Shown: positions 8,068-13,516 of the stretch, in pieces | Position numbering within the stretch: position 1 is the stretch's first letter | Layout of the letters: every line of letters begins with the position of its first letter | Assembly (NCBI GenBank): GCA_964350935.1 | Contig: CAYGLL010000012.1 | Span: 4,159-28,158 of the forward strand | Origin: an uncultured Candidatus Saccharibacteria bacterium | GTDB lineage: Bacteria; Patescibacteriota; Minisyncoccia; Phycocordibacterales; CAYGLL01 | Direction of reading: 5' to 3' | DNA length: 24,000 nt | Position numbers and translations under genes: made by a program | The notes under the pieces: generated by a model | What the model was told of the DNA's origin: nothing | Databases searched by the model: none | What the model saw: the letters and a program-made list of their open reading frames with translations, nothing else

Positions 8068-9012
8068 ATGAAAGTAGCTTTTGTAGGAAAAGGTGGAAGT
8101 GGAAAAACAACACTAACCTCGCTCATTAGTCGCTTTTTGGCATATAAACATTTGCCCGTCGTTGCCATAGACGCGGATATTAATCAGCACCTGTCTGAAA
8201 CATTGGGCATGTCTCCAGATAGTGCTCGAGATATCCCATCACTGGGGCTCGAAATGGGTCGAATAAAGACATATCTGAAAGGAAATAACCTTCGCATTGA
8301 AAACGCAGATTCAATGATAAAAACGACTCCGCCGGGAAAGGGCTCGAGGTTACTACGAGTTCAGGAAAACAACCCCCTCTTTGAGTATTTCGCCCGAGAT
8401 ATCAACGGGATCAAATTGATGGCGGTGGGACCTTTTGATGCAGATGAACTCGGTGTGAAATGTTATCACTCAAAAACTGGCTCGGTTGAATTACTACTCA
8501 ACCATCTTGTCGACAAAGAACGAGAATATATTCTTGTTGATATGACCGCGGGAGCAGATTCGTTCGCTTCAGGCCTCTTTACTCGATTCGATATTACTTT
8601 TCTAGTGGTAGAGCCCACCCTTAAGTCGGTCGGCGTATACACGCAGTACAAACAGTACGCAGAAAAATATGACGTTGTCATAAAAGTAATTGGGAATAAA
8701 GTTCAAGACAAAGTCGATGTTGATTTCATTAAAAAACATGTCGGCAAAGACCTATCTGCGCTCATATATCAATCAGTCTTTATAAAAAAAGCTGACAGAG
8801 GAGAGGTCCTGCCCGTTTCTGAACTCGAAACGGAAAATAAAAAATCCATTGAAGCGGTTGTTAGGGCGATTGATGCGCAGAAAAAAGATTGGATAAAATT
8901 TTATCGCCAAGCGATTAAGTTTCATATTAAAAATGCTAAAAGTTGGGCAAATGAATCTTTTGGTAAAGATTTAACCTCGCAGATTGATCCCCTGTTTGTA
9001 TTCACACCTTGA
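8068..9012 (+). CDS. CooC/MinD/ParA-superfamily P-loop ATPase (possible metallochaperone)
   Basis: Deviant Walker A MKVAFVGKGGSGKTT, an AIDADINQHL motif (CooC-like DADPN) and Walker B ILVDMTAG. Confidence 0.6.
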   Translation: MKVAFVGKGGSGKTTLTSLISRFLAYKHLPVVAIDADINQHLSETLGMSPDSARDIPSLGLEMGRIKTYLKGNNLRIENADSMIKTTPPGKGSRLLRVQENNPLFEYFARDINGIKLMAVGPFDADELGVKCYHSKTGSVELLLNHLVDKEREYILVDMTAGADSFASGLFTRFDITFLVVEPTLKSVGVYTQYKQYAEKYDVVIKVIGNKVQDKVDVDFIKKHVGKDLSALIYQSVFIKKADRGEVLPVSELETENKKSIEAVVRAIDAQKKDWIKFYRQAIKFHIKNAKSWANESFGKDLTSQIDPLFVFTP

Positions 9013-9018
9013 AATAGG

Positions 9019-9094
9019 TGCCGTGCGCCCAACATAGAGCTTATGTATGTACACCGGCTCTATGTTGGATACACATCCGGCATGCAGTTCTTCG
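9019..9094 (+). other. Structured RNA element: 12-bp hairpin closed by a 5-bp outer helix, followed by a GUUCUUCG box
   Basis: Outer helix UGCCG (9019-9023)/CGGCA (9078-9082). Inner helix CCAACAUAGAGC (9029-9040)/GCUCUAUGUUGG (9057-9068) with 16-nt loop uuAUGUAUGUacaccg. GUUCUUCG at 9087-9094. See findings. Confidence 0.4.
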
Positions 9095-9123
9095 TCACAA
9101 ACAAATACACCGAAAGGAAACAT

Positions 9124-9513
9124 ATGTCACTACCGTCAATCGCAGCAATCGCTACGGAAAGAAAGTTCGACCTCAACGCAATCGGCCACGAGGAGCAAGA
9201 AGCGCTCCTCGTGGAAGCTATGAGGCGCGATTTGCCTGAGGCAATCGAACTTCTCCATCGCAAATCGCATGAGGCCGAAAACAACGGCGGTTCGGCCGAC
9301 TGGCTCGAAGACCCAAACTCGAAAATCGGCAAACAGCTTATCCGGCTTCACGCTTCGGACGCACTTCGTCCCTTGGCCTCAAAACATTTCTGCCACGGCC
9401 AGGAACTCACGTTCATTAACTGTTGCAAGGGAGTTGTTGGGAAACGTCCGGACAATCTCCTCTTACTTCAAGTGCAGTGCCAGGTGGGACCGATTGCGTA
9501 TGCCGATTGTTGA
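9124..9513 (+). CDS. Hypothetical protein (129 aa), Cys-rich C-terminus
   Basis: ATG 9124 has RBS gAAAGGAAacatATG. The track start 9043 would lie inside the hairpin element. No family recognised. Confidence 0.5.
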   Translation: MSLPSIAAIATERKFDLNAIGHEEQEALLVEAMRRDLPEAIELLHRKSHEAENNGGSADWLEDPNSKIGKQLIRLHASDALRPLASKHFCHGQELTFINCCKGVVGKRPDNLLLLQVQCQVGPIAYADC

Positions 9514-9542
9514 GTACATCAAAAAACCCTCTTAATTGAGGT

Positions 9543-9574
9543 AACCTCGCTTGAGATAGAGCGAGGTTTTTATT
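9543..9574 (+). terminator. Intrinsic terminator
   Basis: AACCTCGCT-tgagatag-AGCGAGGTT followed by TTTTAT. Confidence 0.7.
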
Positions 9575-9662
9575 TACTAAATCCTGTAACTAACCTGAAA
9601 GACAGCTCTCACCTCTTCCATCAAGACGTCGTTAGACCTCATTATCTGTAATGTGAATACGT

Positions 9663-9692
9663 TTGACAAAACATTACCTATAATGCTATATT
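9663..9692 (+). promoter_or_regulatory. Sigma70-type promoter with extended -10
   Basis: TTGACA (9663-9668), 18 nt spacer, TGcTATATT (9684-9692). Confidence 0.55.
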
Positions 9693-9773
9693 ATTACTTT
9701 AGGCAAGTCTGAGCCCACAAATACTGGGACCTCTGGCTTGTAAAATCTCTAGCACCTTGAAAGGTGACTCATT

Positions 9774-9798
9774 CCGGCACAAAAGCCGGTTTCTTTTT
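9774..9798 (+). terminator. Leader terminator/attenuator hairpin upstream of the NTPase-CYTH gene
   Basis: CCGGC-acaaaa-GCCGG followed by TTTCTTTTT, 29 nt before ATG 9827 and about 75-100 nt after the predicted transcription start. Confidence 0.4.
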
Positions 9799-9826
9799 AC
9801 CTGAAACACAAACAACAGAAATACCT

Positions 9827-10966
9827 ATGAAAAAACTCCGTACTGTAGTTGATCTGGGAAAAAACATCTGGCGCATCGTGCTCACGGGCGGACCTTGCGG
9901 CGCAAAAACGAGCGGCTTAGCATATGTGCGATCGAAGCTTGCGGATCGCGGATACAAAGTCATCATTTCCCCCGAGTCTGCGACAAAGCTCATCTTAAGT
10001 GGTGTCCTGCCCGGACCAAATGAACTTGATGGCGGCGAATTCCAAGAGGAAATTCTCTTCGACACACTTGAACAAGAAGAACGGATGACCTCATCTGCAC
10101 TTCGCTATCGTGACAAAGGACGCAAAGTGGTGATCCTTCATGACCGCGGTGCAATGGACGGACAAGCCTACGCTGGAGAAGCCGCTTTCAGAGGACTCCT
10201 CCAAGCCAACGGTCTCTCACCTCATGCAATATGCAACGCGCGCTACCATGCAGTCATGCATCTACAGACTGCAGCAATTGGCGCGGAACGCTTCTACACA
10301 CTCGCCAATAATGCAGCCCGAACTGAAACTCCTGAACACGCACGCGAACTTGATGGACGAATCCTCGAGGCCTGGCAACGACATCCGCATCCACGGATGA
10401 TCGACAACAGCACCGATCTTGAAGGGAAACTTCGACGCTTGTTCGCCGAAATCTGCGCGGTCTTGGGCGATCCAATTCCACTCGAAAGAGAAGACAAGTT
10501 TCTGGTTGATCCAAGTACGTCAGTTGACCTTCCGATCCCCTTCCACGAAAGCCGCATCACTCAGGACTACCTCACACCACCTGATATGCGAGAGGAGTAT
10601 CGTGTTCGAGCGCGCGAGGATGCCGATGGTACGAGTTTTTACTTCTGTCACAAGCGCTATGTTGCTCCCGGAGATCGGGTTGAAAACGAACGCATGATTG
10701 CCTACGACGAGTACGAATCGTTTCTCCGCCTGAAAGAGTTTCAGACTGAAACGGTTAAGAAACGCCGGCTCTGTTTCTTCTTCAAAGGACAGTTCTTCGA
10801 ATTCGACATCTTCGAAGCGCCGGAAAAACACAAAGGTCTCATGCTTCTTGAAGCCGAGCGCACCGACCGGACGCCCAAACTCGAGTTGCCGCCTTTCATC
10901 AAAGTCATCCGCAATGTTACCGGTGAGAAAGAGTTCTCTAATTGGGAAATCGCCCGCCGGAAATAG
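9827..10966 (+). CDS. P-loop NTPase (AAA_28-like) fused to a CYTH (triphosphate tunnel metalloenzyme) domain
   Basis: N-terminus: IVLTGGPCGAKTSGL Walker A-like and VVILHDRG Walker B-like motifs. C-terminus: the ExExK signature (LEREDKFLV), then ITQDYL, YRVRAR, KRR..FFEFDIFE, LMLLEAE, matching the CYTH beta-tunnel pattern. I prefer ATG 9827 (RBS-like agaaatacctATG), because the track start 9764 would span the leader terminator. Confidence 0.6.
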   Translation: MKKLRTVVDLGKNIWRIVLTGGPCGAKTSGLAYVRSKLADRGYKVIISPESATKLILSGVLPGPNELDGGEFQEEILFDTLEQEERMTSSALRYRDKGRKVVILHDRGAMDGQAYAGEAAFRGLLQANGLSPHAICNARYHAVMHLQTAAIGAERFYTLANNAARTETPEHARELDGRILEAWQRHPHPRMIDNSTDLEGKLRRLFAEICAVLGDPIPLEREDKFLVDPSTSVDLPIPFHESRITQDYLTPPDMREEYRVRAREDADGTSFYFCHKRYVAPGDRVENERMIAYDEYESFLRLKEFQTETVKKRRLCFFFKGQFFEFDIFEAPEKHKGLMLLEAERTDRTPKLELPPFIKVIRNVTGEKEFSNWEIARRK

Positions 10967-10973
10967 TCCTTTA

Positions 10974-11000
10974 GCCCCGCACGTTGTGCGGGGTTTTTTT
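10974..11000 (+). terminator. Intrinsic terminator
   Basis: CCCCGCAC-gtt-GTGCGGGG followed by TTTTTTT. Confidence 0.8.
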
Positions 11001-11043
11001 ATATACTGAATTAAAGCCCTAAAATAAGCATTATTTAAAATAC

Positions 11044-11071
11044 TTGACAAAATAAATGGATATGCTATCAT
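11044..11071 (+). promoter_or_regulatory. Sigma70-type promoter with extended -10 (drives the leader and hammerhead operon)
   Basis: TTGACA (11044-11049), 16 nt spacer, TGcTATCAT (11063-11071). The architecture resembles the promoter at 9663. Confidence 0.55.
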
Positions 11072-11207
11072 TCTCATCCGAACTATATGAGGCAACTTCA
11101 AACACAACTGAAGTCTCAAACCCCACACACTCTAAACGAGCTGTGCCGGATAACTAGTTTTAAAAGAATCCCGATTCAAGAAACTAAAAAGAGAATCGAA
11201 GTGATCC

Positions 11208-11236
11208 AAAAAAACCGCCTTCTGGCGGTTTTTTTG
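11208..11236 (+). terminator. Intrinsic terminator ending a leader/sRNA of about 150 nt
   Basis: AAAAAAACCGCC-ttct-GGCGGTTTTTTT, about 45 nt upstream of hammerhead 1. Confidence 0.7.
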
Positions 11237-11280
11237 ACGCTAAAAACAACCCTCGGGGCAGGACCACCCTAAAAACCCAG

Positions 11281-11333
11281 CCCTGTCCCCTGATGTGTAT
11301 CGGGGCTGATGAGCCGAAAACGGCGAAACAGGG
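11281..11333 (+). ncRNA. Hammerhead ribozyme, type III (HHR1)
   Basis: CCCUGUC^ CCCUG-AUGUGUAU-CGGGG CUGAUGA GCCG-AAAA-CGGC GAA ACAGGG. All core nucleotides are present (C3-A9, G12-A14, A15.1:U16.1, H17=C). Stems I and II are closed and stem III is open. Predicted cleavage after C11287. Confidence 0.85.
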
Positions 11334-11371
11334 GTTCTTCGACAAACACCACCAACTAAAGGAATACCACT

Positions 11372-11848
11372 ATGAAAGCAACCGTCACCGTTCAAAAGAT
11401 CAACTACATCTCGTACGGCCGTGAAAGCAGCCGCTGGGACGACACCGATCTCGTGGCAACGCGCCACACGGGATACGAAGTGATCCTAGAAGTTGAGGGG
11501 ATCTGGAGGTGGCGCACCAAACTCAACTCTTTCTCTGACCTTAGTCGCCGATCGAAGGATCAGTGGCTGTCGGGCACGTCGAAAGTACTCCTCCGGGAAA
11601 ATCTCGATGCTGCATGGCCGAGTGCCAGCAAAGAGTGGAGCGAGCACCGTGCTCTCAGTACCGCTGCCGAGTTCGAGCGATCGGGGTTTCTCACCGAGAT
11701 CAAGGTGTGCGATGAGGAGACCTCATCAATGGGTAGCAAAATACTCATCACCTGGCTCGAGAATGCGCCACCCCAGCATGCGCGAAGAGGAGTTGAGAAT
11801 CGGATACGACCTCAAGCAACCTCTCGAAACTGGGCACGTTGTGAGTAA
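11372..11848 (+). CDS. Hypothetical protein (158 aa), first ORF of the hammerhead operon
   Basis: ATG 11372 has RBS taAAGGAAtaccactATG, 38 nt after HHR1. No family recognised. Overlapping alternative-frame ORFs are probably GC-driven artefacts. Confidence 0.5.
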   Translation: MKATVTVQKINYISYGRESSRWDDTDLVATRHTGYEVILEVEGIWRWRTKLNSFSDLSRRSKDQWLSGTSKVLLRENLDAAWPSASKEWSEHRALSTAAEFERSGFLTEIKVCDEETSSMGSKILITWLENAPPQHARRGVENRIRPQATSRNWARCE

Positions 11849-11893
11849 TCAAAAAAACTCTCATGGGTTTCGGAGTCCCATAGACAAAACTCC

Positions 11894-11944
11894 ACACTAG
11901 CAGGATGTGTGTCCTGCCTGACGAGTCCAAAAGGACGAAAGTGT
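11894..11944 (+). ncRNA. Hammerhead ribozyme, type III (HHR2)
   Basis: ACACUA^ GCAGG-AUGUGUGU-CCUGC CUGACGA GUCC-AAAA-GGAC GAA AGUGU. Position 7 is C (a variable position). The cleavage triplet CUA obeys the NUH rule. Predicted cleavage after A11899. Confidence 0.8.
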
Positions 11945-12075
11945 CAGGGGTTCTTCGAAAAAGTCTCGGATTCGTGGCGGACTCAGGGAAACACAATCTC
12001 TGGGCCCGCTACGAATCGCGAGCTGATAAGGCACCGATCGGTGCACACAGTGAGCAGTTCGGAAGGGACCCGATT

Positions 12076-12228
12076 ATGAACAACCACCATCGTTCCCCCT
12101 TCGGCGCAGTGAAGACGGGCTATGAAGTAAAGAAAACCGGCTATCGGGTAGAGCGCGTCCGGTGCCCAGGGTGTCCGGGCAGGCAAAGCTTCTGGCAACG
12201 CCTGCTCGACTGGTTGTTCAACAGGTAA
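12076..12228 (+). CDS. Small hypothetical protein (50 aa) with a CPGC motif
   Basis: ATG 12076 is preceded by GGAAGGGAcccgatt. Product: MNNHHRSPFGAVKTGYEVKKTGYRVERVRCPGCPGRQSFWQRLLDWLFNR. It is the only RBS-associated ORF between HHR2 and HHR3. The track start 11905 lies inside HHR2. Confidence 0.35.
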   Translation: MNNHHRSPFGAVKTGYEVKKTGYRVERVRCPGCPGRQSFWQRLLDWLFNR

Positions 12229-12267
12229 CAACCGCCCACCAGTTCGAGGATCTGGAAAAAATCCTCG

Positions 12268-12316
12268 CTGTCCCGCGATGTGTGTCGCGGCTGATGAGTC
12301 CAAAAGGACGAAACAG
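12268..12316 (+). ncRNA. Hammerhead ribozyme, type III (HHR3)
   Basis: CUGUC^ CCGCG-AUGUGUGU-CGCGG CUGAUGA GUCC-AAAA-GGAC GAA ACAG. Complete core. Predicted cleavage after C12272. Confidence 0.85.
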
Positions 12317-12463
12317 GGGTTCTTTGAAAAAGTTTGGTTATGGAAGTCAGACCGAACACACCTTAGTTTGACTTCCGTAACCAAACGCAAACGATAAGCA
12401 AATAGCGACTCCGCTTCGCGGACCTCGAGATTTGTACGACTTGCCAAGGTGAGGAAACCAACC

Positions 12464-12760
12464 ATGAAAAAACAAACACCCGCTGTAATCAAGGCACGAA
12501 TTCAGGATTGGCAAAACCCCCGCGGGGTCATTGTTGGCGAAACAAGTATTACGCTGCAGGTCACGAGCGGCTCATGCAATTGTGGGACGTGCATGAATCG
12601 AATCCGAACACTGCGCCAAAACCTCGTCGATAAACCCACGGTCGAACACGCGTGGGTGCGTATGGGTGGCGACCACTGTCTTGTTCTGCCACGCCAACAA
12701 TCTGAAGACCCGCTCGAGCTTCTCCGTAAGACGTTAGGGGTTAGCGTCACAAAAAACTAG
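12464..12760 (+). CDS. Hypothetical protein (98 aa) with a CNCGTC motif
   Basis: ATG 12464 has RBS GGTGAGGAAaccaaccATG. No family recognised. Confidence 0.5.
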   Translation: MKKQTPAVIKARIQDWQNPRGVIVGETSITLQVTSGSCNCGTCMNRIRTLRQNLVDKPTVEHAWVRMGGDHCLVLPRQQSEDPLELLRKTLGVSVTKN

Positions 12761-12797
12761 CCCTCAGAGTTTCGAGAGTTCTCTACAAAAACTCTCA

Positions 12798-12846
12798 CTG
12801 TCGCGCGGTGTGTGCCGCACCTGATGAACCGGAAACGGCGAAACAG
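12798..12846 (+). ncRNA. Hammerhead ribozyme, type III, variant core-adjacent pair (HHR4)
   Basis: CUGUC^ GCGCGG-UGUGUG-CCGCAC CUGAUGA ACCG-GAAA-CGGC GAA ACAG. The core is intact, but 10.1:11.1 is A.C instead of G-C and stem I has one C.A mismatch. Predicted cleavage after C12802. Confidence 0.65.
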
Positions 12847-12882
12847 AAGTTCCTCGACAACAACATAACAAAAGAAATACCT

Positions 12883-13440
12883 ATGCGAGACACGTTGCAA
12901 AAATATGAGTTCTACTTCAGAAGTGCTGAACGATATGCCGACTTTGACCTCTGTTTATGGCCTGGAGAAATCTGGCTAACAACAGAGCCTCAAAAGATGA
13001 CTTGGCTCGAAGCAATTGAAATCGCAGGACAGCACTCAAATATACGTTTGCCGCATTATGCGGACATCATACAATCGGTCAAAAGCTTGGACGAGAAACC
13101 GGAATTGGTCAAAAAATTCGCCCCCCTCGAGAAGGGCGAGTTCTGGACGATTGGCTCGGAAGGATTTAATGCGCAGACTCCCTACGCATGCTGTGTCCTT
13201 GCATCCCACAAGGAATACGACTCTCATCAGAGTAAATTCGAGAAAAAGTGGGTAAGATTCATCAAACAAGGGGCAGCCGAAACTGCGGAGCAAATCCAAA
13301 AGAAAAACGAGGAAAGGGAAAAAAACATATATGAAGAGGAACTTCACCAGCGCACAGTAAGAATCCTGGGGCTCAACACGCCTGAAGGAAAGGCGAACTT
13401 GGAAACCCACATCAAACTTATGAAAATGAATGGGTTCTAA
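12883..13440 (+). CDS. Hypothetical protein (185 aa); weak resemblance to DUF1566-type domains
   Basis: ATG 12883 has the leader aaagaaatacctATG. The segment MTWLEAIEIAGQHSNIRLPHYADIIQSV recalls the tW.eA...c....wRLPt..EL pattern of DUF1566, from memory only. The track start 12808 lies inside HHR4. Confidence 0.5.
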   Translation: MRDTLQKYEFYFRSAERYADFDLCLWPGEIWLTTEPQKMTWLEAIEIAGQHSNIRLPHYADIIQSVKSLDEKPELVKKFAPLEKGEFWTIGSEGFNAQTPYACCVLASHKEYDSHQSKFEKKWVRFIKQGAAETAEQIQKKNEEREKNIYEEELHQRTVRILGLNTPEGKANLETHIKLMKMNGF

Positions 13441-13456
13441 CCTTGTAAAAGCACAT

Positions 13457-13488
13457 CTGGCAAACGAAAGTTTGCCAGTCTTTTATTT
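13457..13488 (+). terminator. Intrinsic terminator of the hammerhead operon
   Basis: CTGGCAAAC-gaaa-GTTTGCCAG followed by TCTTTTATTT. Confidence 0.75.
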
Positions 13489-13516
13489 AAAAGCTAAACA
13501 TTGATACAATTTACAC

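Noticed and set aside
11983-12492. 169-aa minus-strand ORF, and other overlapping ORFs (11493..11900, 11748..11996, 12141..12359, 12502..12750) in the ribozyme operon
   Set aside because: They run antisense to, or out of frame with, RBS-supported + strand ORFs and cross the hammerhead motifs. Such long spurious ORFs are typical of locally GC-rich sequence.
12808-12882. N-terminal extensions offered by the ORF track (12808, 11905, 12449, 9764, 9043, 16483, 14789, 23522, 8007 starts)
   Set aside because: Each extension begins at a non-ATG or unsupported start inside a ribozyme, terminator, hairpin or promoter. In every case an internal ATG with an AAGGA-type RBS exists and was preferred.
13223-13230. 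CUGAUGAG string on the minus strand (plus-strand CTCATCAG) inside ORF 12883..13440
   Set aside because: No stem II hairpin, GAAA or stem I/III partners follow it. It is a chance occurrence of the heptamer, not a fifth hammerhead.
9013-13490. Calling the accessory block a mobile element or prophage
   Set aside because: No integrase, transposase, terminal inverted repeats or flanking direct repeats are visible. The only tRNA-end duplication (7434-7446) lies outside and upstream of the block.
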